A stretch of DNA of 57,411 bases from the NCBI GenBank assembly GCA_001825035.1, contig MHUO01000009.1:20754-78164 (forward strand), given 5' to 3'. Made by a program: the position numbers and the translations under genes. The DNA is from Candidatus Wildermuthbacteria bacterium RIFOXYD1_FULL_50_12. Its GTDB lineage: Bacteria > Patescibacteriota > Minisyncoccia > Minisyncoccales > UBA10102. Below the pieces are notes generated by a model, which was not told where the DNA came from, did no database searches, and saw only the letters and a program-made list of their open reading frames with translations. Shown one piece after another: positions 26,444 to 34,791 of this stretch (position 1 is its first letter; each line of letters opens with the position of its first letter).

Positions 26444-27038
26444 GGTCATTATTGTATTGGGAAAATCGGGATCGGGAAAGGGTACGCAAGCTGAGATGCT
26501 CGCAAAAGAGCACAGCTTCAAAATTATCAGCTCTGGGAGTTTGCTGCGCGCAAGAGCTGAGCAAAACGATTTTGTCGGAAAGGGGATTGCGGAGATTCTT
26601 GATAGGGGAGGGCTCATTCCAACGCCGATCATTTTCCATTTGTGGCTGCATGAATTAGAAAATGCGCGAGAAGCGAACCTGCCTGCGCAGACAGGAAGCG
26701 GCGTCAGTGGAATTATCTTTGAAGGAAGCCCCCGGAAACTCTATGAAGCATACCTGCTTCAGGAAGCGCTGGAATTTTACCAGTTGGCAGGGAATATGCA
26801 GGTCCTCCATTTGGATATTTTAGACGCGGAAGCGCTCAAGCGGCTTTTGGCTCGCGGGCGACACGACGACAAAGAAAACCAAATTCGCGAGCGACTGCGT
26901 TGGTATAAAGACGAAGTAATGCCGGCAGTTCTCTATTATAAAGAAAAAGGAAATTTGATTGAGATAAACGGCGAGCAGCCCGTAGAGGAGGTGTATAGGG
27001 AAATTACAGAGAAGCTCAAGGATTTTTTGGGAAAATGA
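26430..27038 (+). CDS. adk: adenylate kinase (short-lid type)
   Basis: P-loop LGKSGSGKGTQAEML, in the operon position after secY. Confidence 0.85.
   Translation: MTPFKVIIVLGKSGSGKGTQAEMLAKEHSFKIISSGSLLRARAEQNDFVGKGIAEILDRGGLIPTPIIFHLWLHELENAREANLPAQTGSGVSGIIFEGSPRKLYEAYLLQEALEFYQLAGNMQVLHLDILDAEALKRLLARGRHDDKENQIRERLRWYKDEVMPAVLYYKEKGNLIEINGEQPVEEVYREITEKLKDFLGK
26678..26695 (+). repeat. 18-nt near-perfect GC-rich palindrome inside adk
   Basis: CCTGCCTGCGCAGACAGG encodes ..LPAQTG... Related to the palindromes in galT and mnmA. Confidence 0.6.
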
Positions 27039-27787
27039 TTTCTGTAAAATCGGCAGGGGAGATTGCGATTATGAGGGAAGGGGGGCGCATACTGGCTCAG
27101 GTCTTGGAAGAACTTATGGGAGGGGTGCGGCCAGGGATGAGCACCTTAGAACTCGACAAGAGCGCGGAAGAGAAAATACGAAAAGCTGGAGCAAAGCCAG
27201 CTTTTCTCCATTATCAGGGGTTCCCGAATACCCTCTGTGCTTCCCTGAACAATGAAGTGGTGCATGCCATTCCAAGCGATAAAAAAATTCTCAAAGAAGG
27301 CGATATTCTCTCCCTTGATTTGGGTCTTATGTACAAAGGATATTATTCGGATATAGCACGGACCGTGCCGGTGGGCAAAATCAGCAAAGAAGCCACTCGT
27401 CTTGTGGAAGTTACCAAAAAAGCTCTGCAGTTGGGCACTGCCAAAGCAAGACCGGGCGCGACGCTGGGCGACATTGGGTATGAGATCCAGCGTTTTGTCG
27501 AGAGCGAAGGGTTTTCGGTGGTTCGCGAACTCTGCGGGCACGGCATCGGCAAAGAATTGCACGAGGAGCCCCAGGTGCTCAATTTTGGCGAGAGAAAGAT
27601 CGGCCTCGTGCTCAAGGAAGGAATGGTTTTGAGCATTGAGCCCATGGTTACAGCAGGGGAGTGGAATGTGAAGCTGGCGAAAGACGGCCAGACCTATCTC
27701 ACCCGCGACGGCTCTCTTGCCGCCCATTTTGAAGACACCGTCGCCATCACCGCACAAGGTCCCGAAGTCCTCACCCGCCTCAAATAA
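27035..27787 (+). CDS. map: methionine aminopeptidase, type I
   Basis: CASLNNEVVHAIP...DIARTV...GHGIG...LSIEPMV...HFEDTV metal-ligand contexts. Confidence 0.93.
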   Translation: MISVKSAGEIAIMREGGRILAQVLEELMGGVRPGMSTLELDKSAEEKIRKAGAKPAFLHYQGFPNTLCASLNNEVVHAIPSDKKILKEGDILSLDLGLMYKGYYSDIARTVPVGKISKEATRLVEVTKKALQLGTAKARPGATLGDIGYEIQRFVESEGFSVVRELCGHGIGKELHEEPQVLNFGERKIGLVLKEGMVLSIEPMVTAGEWNVKLAKDGQTYLTRDGSLAAHFEDTVAITAQGPEVLTRLK

Positions 27788-27890
27788 GCAAATCGACTTG
27801 CCCATTTTTTTGTCTTGAAAACCGGCCACCAAAATCAAAATATAGTATAGGAAAGCCGAATTTATCCACAAAACGTAAGAAATCAGCAGA

Positions 27891-27918
27891 TTGACGTCTA
27901 GAGTGCTAATGCTACAAT
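27891..27918 (+). promoter_or_regulatory. strong candidate promoter at the left edge of the low-GC island
   Basis: TTGACG, 16-nt spacer ending in TGc, then TACAAT (extended -10). Confidence 0.55.
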
Positions 27919-27924
27919 AAACGC

Positions 27925-28076
27925 ACAACTGAATAAAATTCAAGCCGTTATCATCGGAGGTTACGCATTACGCTTTAAAAGCCGCGCTGTAACCCTATTA
28001 CCTCCGATTTCTGTGGAAGCTGAAAGTATGCTTCCTGTAGATTCGGAGAACGGTGATACGCCTCCGATTTTTATTT
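27925..28076 (+). ncRNA. candidate ~150-nt structured leader or sRNA with alternative pairings, ending in a terminator
   Basis: Segments ATCGGAGG (27953), CCTCCGAT (28001), TCGGAG (28043) and CCTCCGAT (28061). The last pair is followed by TTTTTATTT. Confidence 0.4.
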
Positions 28077-28118
28077 GGCAAAGGTCACCCATATAAACCT
28101 AACAAGTGAAATACTACA

Positions 28119-28259
28119 ATGGCTCATCCGAAAACAACAGGGAAACACGCTGCCACCGCTGCAAGTAAGACTTTGCGAGATGGAAGGACATCCAAAACCT
28201 CAAAAATCGCAGCTGGAAGTGCTCTCTCCCAGAGACACGGAAGAAAGCACAAACGATAA
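28119..28259 (+). CDS. possible small basic protein (46 aa)
   Basis: ATG...TAA ORF below the track cutoff: MAHPKTTGKHAATAASKTLRDGRTSKTSKIAAGSALSQRHGRKHKR. No SD. It competes with the TTG ORF at 28075-28275 in another frame. Confidence 0.3.
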   Translation: MAHPKTTGKHAATAASKTLRDGRTSKTSKIAAGSALSQRHGRKHKR

Positions 28260-28307
28260 AAAGAGAAGGGCTTAAAGGTCAAATAGAATAATTTAAGATC
28301 ACTTTCT

Positions 28308-28454
28308 ATGACCGATTCCTATTACCTCAATAAAACTATCGAGATCGTAAAGGAGTATGCGCGGAGCGGGAATGCGCGGCCGATAGAGGATGTGTTTGAA
28401 GCCATATATCGAAAGCTCAGAGAGCTTGGAAAGGATGAAGATTCTGCCTATTAA
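28308..28454 (+). CDS. possible small helical protein (48 aa)
   Basis: MTDSYYLNKTIEIVKEYARSGNARPIEDVFEAIYRKLRELGKDEDSAY, followed by a hairpin terminator. Confidence 0.35.
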   Translation: MTDSYYLNKTIEIVKEYARSGNARPIEDVFEAIYRKLRELGKDEDSAY

Positions 28455-28489
28455 AACTTGTATACAATCAACGTATCCTTTCCCCAAAG

Positions 28490-28512
28490 ATCGCCAGATC
28501 GGCGATTTTTTG
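28490..28512 (+). terminator. hairpin plus T-run
   Basis: ATCGCC-AGATC-GGCGAT followed by TTTTTT. Confidence 0.5.
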
Positions 28513-28528
28513 GTAGGATAAAATAGGT

Positions 28529-28882
28529 ATGATTAAAACCGACATTCACCTCGATGAGTTGACTGAAAAGTCCGAACTATTAAAGCGACTTCATGAGGTT
28601 GTGCTATCAGCACACCCTAAGATCGAGCATCGCCTATTTCCCATTTACATCGTGTATAGTTTAGGTGAGCAAACTGTTGCCCTTATTTACTACAAAGGGA
28701 AATTGGTAAAGGAAGGAGGATTGTACATCGGACTTCATCTCAATGAACCTCCAAAAAATAAGAAATTCGTAAGTGCTGCCGATATAAAGTATCTCGGTAT
28801 CACTCATGGCGCCCATGTAAAAAATGTAGGCCAACTGACGCCCCAAGCGTTAGATACGATACGTGCAATAGGAAGAATTTGA
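28529..28882 (+). CDS. hypothetical protein (pattern resembles DUF5655-like proteins often found next to R-M genes)
   Basis: 117 aa. Preceded by TGGTAGGAT (extended -10) only 10 nt upstream. Similarity judged by eye only. Confidence 0.55.
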   Translation: MIKTDIHLDELTEKSELLKRLHEVVLSAHPKIEHRLFPIYIVYSLGEQTVALIYYKGKLVKEGGLYIGLHLNEPPKNKKFVSAADIKYLGITHGAHVKNVGQLTPQALDTIRAIGRI

Positions 28883-28937
28883 ATGTGGGGAGAAGAATCG
28901 CCAAATCTGCCTGTTTTTGATAAAATCTAATAATACT

Positions 28938-30113
28938 ATGATTAAGAAGCAACGAGGCCAATTCTTTACCACCGAAGCCGATTACATATTCCAGGGTTTT
29001 GGAAAATATGTAAAAGGTAAATCCATCACTGATCCTTTTGCCGGAAGCGGAGATCTGTTGGAATGGGCAAAAAAGAATGGTGCGAAAGCAGTGTCAGGAT
29101 ATGACGTGGACGCTAGTCTTGCTGATGGAAGAAAGATTTTGTTGAATGATTCCTTATTGCGACCCAAACAATATGGGTTCGTAGTTACGAATCCACCCTA
29201 TTTGAATATCAATAAAGCAGATCGACACACAAAGAGTCTCTATTTCCAGGATCATAAGTACGAAGATCTGTATCAGCTTTCGCTTGCCTCGCTGATAAGC
29301 AGCAAGGAAGGTATCGTAATTGTGCCAGTCAACTTTCTTTCTGCGGAAAACTCAAAAAGGATCAGAGAACTTTTCTTTTCCAAGTTCGAAATTATTGAAC
29401 TGAACTACTTCACGAAACGCGTATTTCCCGACACGACATATAATGTCATTGCTTTTTACTACCGAGAAAAAAAGGATTCTTCGAGTAATTCCATGGTAGC
29501 CAAAGTAAAAATACTCCCAGAAGAAAGGCTCTTGAGTATTGAGCTCAATAAGCGGTTCCATTGGAAAATAGGAGGCGAGGTTTTAACGAGAATTGAAGAA
29601 CAGAAAAATCTTTTGGGGATTCATCGCCTTATTGAATATGATATTAAAAAGGGCGATAGGTTAGTAAAAGTTGCTTACAGCCATATCAAAAAAACACGCG
29701 AGTATCGCGTTTCCGAAGATTTTTATACGGCAATCAAGGCAAATATCCTTTTTCTTCGAGCAATAGATAGCGGCACACCCGAGGGGAAAATCCGCCTTGA
29801 GAATATTCGAGATTATGGCATTGACTGCTTGATTAGCAAGGAAAGTTCGCGACATATGATTAACTTGCTTTTCGATAAGAAAATCTCCCTCAAGGAGCAA
29901 AGAATACTTATGGATCTTTTCAACGAAGAAATCAATAGGTTACGCGACAACTATTTTTCACTTTTCTTGACAAACTTCAGGGATAACAACCGTAAGCGGA
30001 TTTCGTTTGATTTTGCGTATAAATTTATTAATTATTTGTACTTTACTAAAATGAAACCAGAATTGGGGGAGGGAAGATTACTCCCCCTCAAGAATTATGA
30101 ACAGGTGGGTTGA
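28938..30113 (+). CDS. N6-adenine DNA methyltransferase (gamma-class, type II R-M)
   Basis: GQFFTT, then motif I DPFAGSGDLL, then motif IV TNPPY. ATG 28938 preferred over TTG 28917. Confidence 0.85.
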   Translation: MIKKQRGQFFTTEADYIFQGFGKYVKGKSITDPFAGSGDLLEWAKKNGAKAVSGYDVDASLADGRKILLNDSLLRPKQYGFVVTNPPYLNINKADRHTKSLYFQDHKYEDLYQLSLASLISSKEGIVIVPVNFLSAENSKRIRELFFSKFEIIELNYFTKRVFPDTTYNVIAFYYREKKDSSSNSMVAKVKILPEERLLSIELNKRFHWKIGGEVLTRIEEQKNLLGIHRLIEYDIKKGDRLVKVAYSHIKKTREYRVSEDFYTAIKANILFLRAIDSGTPEGKIRLENIRDYGIDCLISKESSRHMINLLFDKKISLKEQRILMDLFNEEINRLRDNYFSLFLTNFRDNNRKRISFDFAYKFINYLYFTKMKPELGEGRLLPLKNYEQVG

Positions 30114-30879
30114 AAAGAGCATAAACATAGCTCAAGGCGTTGGGTATCTTGATAAGCTTTCTGCGGTTTATCCAGTTACAATCAACAAGATACGGAAACT
30201 AAGTTCTGTGGAGGAGCAACGTATTGGAGAGATTTACCGAAAGAAGGATGCGAGACTGTTGATTGAAGTCTTACTTGATTTTAAGCGCTTCCCCTTTGAC
30301 GATCCTTACATTGGATTTCTGCGTAAGGATAGATCGGCAATGAGACGCAACCCAAAAACCGTTAAAAGAATAGGGGAGCAGCTTTTTGAGCTTCACCCCG
30401 TTGGTATTATTAGCGGGATAGAGCGTCCAAAATCTTCTTCTAGACAATTTGGTCAACATTTCAGAAATTACATTGAAAAGTTGAGGTACCCTGTCCTTAA
30501 CGATGCGAATTTTTTGAAAAGTACCAAAGTAGCATTTTTGGGAGGAGGTGATGCACGGCTCAAAACATTTGCAAAACGTTATCTGGGATATCGCGGAGAA
30601 AAGGGATTGGATTTAGTATTTTGTGTAGGAGGAAAATATTTCATAGGCGAGGCAAAATTCATTAGCATGAGCGGCGGTACGCAAGATAAAAGTTTTCGCG
30701 AAACAATAACCTTCGTGAAAGGGAAAAGTGAAAACGCGCAGCATATTGCCATTGTTGATGGTGTTGTTTGGGCTATGACGACAGAAAAGAATCTCTATAA
30801 TAGTATAAGAAAGTTACCTCAAGATAGGTTTATGTTAAGCTCTCTGCTTTTGAAGGAGTTTATCGAGTCTCAGAAATAA
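30097..30879 (+). CDS. putative type II restriction endonuclease (PD-(D/E)xK)
   Basis: LDLVF....YFIGEAKF (D...ExK) followed by SMSGGTQDK. Overlaps the methyltransferase 3' end by 17 nt. Confidence 0.6.
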   Translation: MNRWVEKSINIAQGVGYLDKLSAVYPVTINKIRKLSSVEEQRIGEIYRKKDARLLIEVLLDFKRFPFDDPYIGFLRKDRSAMRRNPKTVKRIGEQLFELHPVGIISGIERPKSSSRQFGQHFRNYIEKLRYPVLNDANFLKSTKVAFLGGGDARLKTFAKRYLGYRGEKGLDLVFCVGGKYFIGEAKFISMSGGTQDKSFRETITFVKGKSENAQHIAIVDGVVWAMTTEKNLYNSIRKLPQDRFMLSSLLLKEFIESQK

Positions 30880-30889
30880 TGATAGGATA

Positions 30890-30961
30890 GAGCTCCGTTT
30901 CGCCTATAAACTCTACGGTCTCACACCTGAGGAGATTAAGATTGTGAAAATTCTTAATTAA
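30890..30961 (+). pseudogene. relic 3' end of a different methyltransferase or type IIG gene
   Basis: Encodes ELRFAYKLYGLTPEEIKIVKILN*, the characteristic LYGLTxEEIxIVE C-terminus. An in-frame stop lies immediately upstream. Confidence 0.55.
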
Positions 30962-31089
30962 TCAAGGAGCTTCTGTTTAGAAGAGGTTATGGGCCTCGCC
31001 CGTAAGGCCGGGACTACGGTTGAGGGGATATGTTCAGTGACGTTTGAACGGAGCTCGCAAAAAGAAGCACGCAATGGTAGGATAGCAAA

Positions 31090-31833
31090 ATGGCTGAAGT
31101 GAAGCTGTCAGTGGTGATTCCGGCGTATAACGAAGAAAAGCGGCTGCCAAAAACCCTGCGTGCCGCGCATGATTACCTGAGCAGACAGGGGTATGCATAC
31201 GAGATTTTAGTGGTGTCGGACGGCTCCAAGGACCGGACGCGCGAGGTGGTGGAGGAAATGACCAAGGAAATACCGCATCTCCGTGTGATGGGCGAACAGG
31301 AAAATCATGGAAAGGGGTATTCGGTGCGCCAAGGAATGCTGGCTGCTCAAGGCGAGTTTCGGCTCTTTATGGACGCGGACAACGCCACGAGCGTGGATCA
31401 GGTGGAAAAAATGTGGCCGGAATTGGCAAGGGGATACGAGGTGATAATTGGTTCGCGCGACATTGCTGGAGCGAATATCGCAGTTCCCCAGCCCTGGTGG
31501 CGGAGAAGGTTGGGAGATGTGTTTAACCTTATCGTGCAGATTTTGTCTGGCTTGTGGGGAATATGGGATACACAGTGCGGCTTTAAGGGATTCTCGGCCA
31601 AAGCCGCGGAAGGTATTTTCTCGCGCGCCGTCGTTAACGCGTGGGCGTTTGACGTGGAAGTGTTAGTCATCGCAAAAAAACTCGGATATGCTATCAGGGA
31701 AGTGCCGGTTAGGTGGATGAATGACCCCAGCAGCAAAGTAAAGTTTTCCGGCATGGCAAAAATGCTTTTGGAGGTTTTGCAGATAAGCATACATAATCTT
31801 ATAGGGAAGTATAATATTTCCAGGATAGTATAA
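31090..31833 (+). CDS. family 2 glycosyltransferase (polyprenyl-phosphate sugar transferase-like)
   Basis: SVVIPAYNEEKRL...VVSDGSKDRT...FMDADN. Confidence 0.85.
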   Translation: MAEVKLSVVIPAYNEEKRLPKTLRAAHDYLSRQGYAYEILVVSDGSKDRTREVVEEMTKEIPHLRVMGEQENHGKGYSVRQGMLAAQGEFRLFMDADNATSVDQVEKMWPELARGYEVIIGSRDIAGANIAVPQPWWRRRLGDVFNLIVQILSGLWGIWDTQCGFKGFSAKAAEGIFSRAVVNAWAFDVEVLVIAKKLGYAIREVPVRWMNDPSSKVKFSGMAKMLLEVLQISIHNLIGKYNISRIV

Positions 31834-31896
31834 TTTTGTTCGCGCTTAACCCCTCCTTCGGAGTGGACCCTCGCGTCCCACAAAATTACACTATCC
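31823..31896 (+). repeat. extended hairpin element with a conserved core, copy E1
   Basis: Arms GGATAGTATAATTTTGT / ACAAAATTACACTATCC flank the core TCGCGCTTAACCCCTCCTTCGGAGTGGACCCTCGCGTC. The 5' arm overlaps the GT2 stop codon. Confidence 0.75.
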
Positions 31897-31911
31897 TTCC
31901 AAGTATACCGT

Positions 31912-32973
31912 ATGGCTGAATCAAAAAAATTTCCTTCAGAGCTTAGATACGACGTCGTGTCAAAAGATTGGGTGGTGATTGCCACGGGGCGCGCAAAGCG
32001 GCCCGAGGATTTCCGACAAAGACGGCGAAAAGTTGAGGAACCCCGATCGCAATGCCCGTTCTGCCAGCTTTCAAAGCAGGGAACGCCCACGCTTATTTTT
32101 GTCAAAGGAAAGCGCCATTCTTTCTTGCCTGCCCGCGCAGGCGGGCCTGCGCAGGCGGGGAATCACGGGGTCCCCAAGGGATGGACCACGGCTTCCCTCC
32201 CAAATAAATTCCCAGCATTTATACCCTCTCTAAAGCTCCAGCGGCGGGAAGAGGGGGAGTTGTACCACATTCTTAACGCCGTCGGATTTCACGAAGTCGT
32301 GGTTACCAGAAGCCACACAAGGCAGGTCGGTCAGTTCTCCGTATCTCAGACAAAAGAACTCATTGATGTATTTCAGGAACGCTACCTCGTGCTCATGAAG
32401 GAGAAATTTGTGCGCAATATTGCGATATTTCAGAATCACGGAGTGGAGGCCGGAGCTTCTTTGGCGCATCCCCATTCCCAGATTATCACCACGCCTCTTA
32501 TTGATCCCGACCTGCGGAACGCGCTTCTCACGTCGGAACGCTTTTTCCGCAAGCACAAAAAATGCATTTACTGCGTAATGGGTGAGTGGGAATTGAGGTC
32601 GAAAAAACGCATTGTGTTTGAGAATGACGATTTTCTCGTGCTCTGTCCGTTTGCCTCCAAGGCCGCGTTTGAAATTATCATTTCGCCCAAAAAACACCTG
32701 CCGCAATTTGAGCAGATTACGGAGAAAGAAAAACTCGGCTTGGCAGAGGCGTTTAAAATTGCGCTCTCCAAATTGCGCCGCGCGCTGGCAGATCCTGCTT
32801 ATAATTTTTATCTTCACACGGCTCCCATAGACGGAAAGAAATACGACTTTTACCACTGGCACTGGACCATCCTTCCTAAAACCGCTACGTGGGCGGGCTT
32901 TGAAATCGGAACCGGCATGGAGATTTCAACCATTGAGCCCGAAAGGGCGGCGGAATTTTTGCGAAAGCAGTAG
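31912..32973 (+). CDS. galT: galactose-1-phosphate uridylyltransferase (HIT superfamily)
   Basis: CPFC zinc motif, PNKFPAF, and the active site AHPHSQII (HxHxQ). Confidence 0.8.
   Translation: MAESKKFPSELRYDVVSKDWVVIATGRAKRPEDFRQRRRKVEEPRSQCPFCQLSKQGTPTLIFVKGKRHSFLPARAGGPAQAGNHGVPKGWTTASLPNKFPAFIPSLKLQRREEGELYHILNAVGFHEVVVTRSHTRQVGQFSVSQTKELIDVFQERYLVLMKEKFVRNIAIFQNHGVEAGASLAHPHSQIITTPLIDPDLRNALLTSERFFRKHKKCIYCVMGEWELRSKKRIVFENDDFLVLCPFASKAAFEIIISPKKHLPQFEQITEKEKLGLAEAFKIALSKLRRALADPAYNFYLHTAPIDGKKYDFYHWHWTILPKTATWAGFEIGTGMEISTIEPERAAEFLRKQ
32127..32160 (+). repeat. GC-rich hairpin or palindromic duplication inside galT
   Basis: GCCTGCCCGCGCAGGCGGGCCTGCGCAGGCGGGG encodes LPARAGGPAQAG. Contains the hairpin CCCGC-GCAG-GCGGG and the palindrome CCTGCGCAGG. 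Confidence 0.6.
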
Positions 32974-32993
32974 CAAGCTGAATACCTGAAACT

Positions 32994-33512
32994 ATGGAAG
33001 ACGTAAAAACATTTTTTGCCGCAATGATAGAGCAGTGGCCTCTCCCTGATTTCTTGACAGTGATTCTATTGGGAGCATTTCCGATTGTTGAACTCCGCGG
33101 GGCAATTCCGCTTGCATTCGCCGGTTACGGATTTTCCGCTCCCGTTGCCTTTGGCCTTGCCGTATTGGGAAACGCGCTGGTGCCTTTGGCGGCGATGCCT
33201 CTTTTGGGCACGGTGAGCGCGCGGCTTTCAGAGCGTTTTCCCGCCGCTGAACGATTTTTTACATGGCTTTTTACTCGTACACGCAGAAATCACGAAAAAA
33301 GCTTTGAGAAATGGAAGGAGTTCGCCTTGGTCATTTTTGTGGCGATCCCTCTGCCTTTTACCGGCGCATGGACGGCCTCGCTCGTGGCTTTTGTCTTTGG
33401 CATCCCTCTCAGAAAAGCTTTTCTTCTTATTGGGATTGGCGCTATAATAGCAGGAGCAATTGTGACGGCGGCCACGCTCGGCGTAATCAATGCTTGGGTA
33501 TTTTTCCTATAA
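32994..33512 (+). CDS. small membrane protein (COG2426 putative small multidrug export family)
   Basis: FPIVELRGAIPLA motif with 4-5 TM segments. Confidence 0.6.
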   Translation: MEDVKTFFAAMIEQWPLPDFLTVILLGAFPIVELRGAIPLAFAGYGFSAPVAFGLAVLGNALVPLAAMPLLGTVSARLSERFPAAERFFTWLFTRTRRNHEKSFEKWKEFALVIFVAIPLPFTGAWTASLVAFVFGIPLRKAFLLIGIGAIIAGAIVTAATLGVINAWVFFL

Positions 33513-33516
33513 AAAT

Positions 33517-34191
33517 ATGAAAGACATACTTCTCATCGCCAATTGGAAAATGAATCCGGGCACTGCCAAAGAGGCGCAAGAACTTTTTGAGACGGTTGCA
33601 AATGCCGTGGAAGGGGTGGCAGGCGTGAAAGTTGTTCTTTGCCCTCCGTTTGTATATATTCCTGAGATAGTGCGCGCTGCACCCTCCGTAGCCTTGGGCG
33701 TAGGAGGGCAAGATTGTTTTTGGGAAGGAAAGGGTGCTTTTACTGGTGAAGTTTCGCCTTCTATGCTTAAAGAACTCGGATGCGAATATGTGATTCTCGG
33801 CCACTCAGAACGTGCAAAATATCTTGGGGAGACGGAAGATATGGTTCAAAAGAAAGTTGCCGCGGCGCTTAGCGCGGATTTGAAGGTGGTGTTGTGCGTC
33901 GGGGAGAATGAACAAACGCCCGCGGATAGAGAAAATCTTATTGTGGTGTACGAACCCGAGTGGGCAATAAGCACCGAAGGAGGACGTGCGGCAGACGTCA
34001 GCCGTGTGGCAGAAAAGGTGGCAGCAATGCGCAAGACCTTCAAGGCAGGCCCAATCCTCTATGGGGGAAGCGTGGATAGTTCAAACATCGCCTCGTTTCT
34101 CAAGGAAGCTGGAGTTCAGGGCGCGCTGGTTGGCGGCGCGTCTCTCAACGCCGCAGAGTTTATTTCCCTTGTGAAAAACGCGGCGATGTGA
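33517..34191 (+). CDS. tpiA: triosephosphate isomerase
   Basis: IANWKMN, ILGHSERA, VVYEPEWAIST, YGGSV. Confidence 0.92.
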   Translation: MKDILLIANWKMNPGTAKEAQELFETVANAVEGVAGVKVVLCPPFVYIPEIVRAAPSVALGVGGQDCFWEGKGAFTGEVSPSMLKELGCEYVILGHSERAKYLGETEDMVQKKVAAALSADLKVVLCVGENEQTPADRENLIVVYEPEWAISTEGGRAADVSRVAEKVAAMRKTFKAGPILYGGSVDSSNIASFLKEAGVQGALVGGASLNAAEFISLVKNAAM

Positions 34192-34206
34192 TAGGGTAGA
34201 GCATCT

Positions 34207-34710
34207 ATGGATCTCTTTTTCAGCGAAAAGTTTTATAATCCCACGAAGGGTTCGCTTCCGCTCGAAGGAGTGCTCAGGGAAATGATTGTGTATATCCAAG
34301 AAGAGCCGCACAAGAAATACGAAGTTGTGGTAGGATGTGATTCTTCTGCCACGGAAGACCCTACGTTTCCTGTCGTTATCGTTATATTGCGAAAAAAGGC
34401 GGGCGGCCGATTTTTTTTGCGGAGAGTGCATTACCCAGATCGTCCCTTTCCCAGCAGGCGGCAGCGCGTGCTGGAAGAAGTGCTTCTTTCCTGCCAGCTT
34501 GCCTTGTGGCTGCGGGAACATTTTGGTCAGTTAGCATCTCAGCACGGATTAACGTACGATTTCCATTACATTCACGCAGACGTAGGGGAGAACGGCGCAA
34601 CGCGCGATATGATAAAGGAGGTAACCGGACTCATCCGGGGCAACGGTTTTGAACCCAAAATCAAACCTGAATCCTTCGCCGCCTCCACGGTCGCCGACCG
34701 ATATTCTTAA
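34207..34710 (+). CDS. YkuK-like RNase H-fold protein (DUF458 family)
   Basis: FYNPTKG...YEVVVGCDSS...FPVVIVILRKKAGGRFF pattern. Confidence 0.55.
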   Translation: MDLFFSEKFYNPTKGSLPLEGVLREMIVYIQEEPHKKYEVVVGCDSSATEDPTFPVVIVILRKKAGGRFFLRRVHYPDRPFPSRRQRVLEEVLLSCQLALWLREHFGQLASQHGLTYDFHYIHADVGENGATRDMIKEVTGLIRGNGFEPKIKPESFAASTVADRYS

Positions 34711-34713
34711 TGC

Positions 34714-34741
34714 TTGACAACTTCTTCTTCCATGCTAGGAT
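34714..34741 (+). promoter_or_regulatory. candidate promoter of the GC-rich receiver-domain gene
   Basis: TTGACA, 16-nt spacer ending in TGc, then TAGGAT. The SD AAAGGAGG lies 7 nt before the ATG at 34792. Confidence 0.55.
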
Positions 34742-34791
34742 ACGCTTCCACGAAAGTTTTGTGGGAAATAGCACCTAAAGGAGGAAGAGTC

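Noticed and set aside
28075-28275. A 66-aa TTG-initiated ORF from the track.
   Set aside because: It starts inside the terminator T-run of the upstream leader and has no SD. An ATG ORF in another frame (28119-28259) gives a more protein-like basic peptide. Neither can be confirmed from sequence alone.
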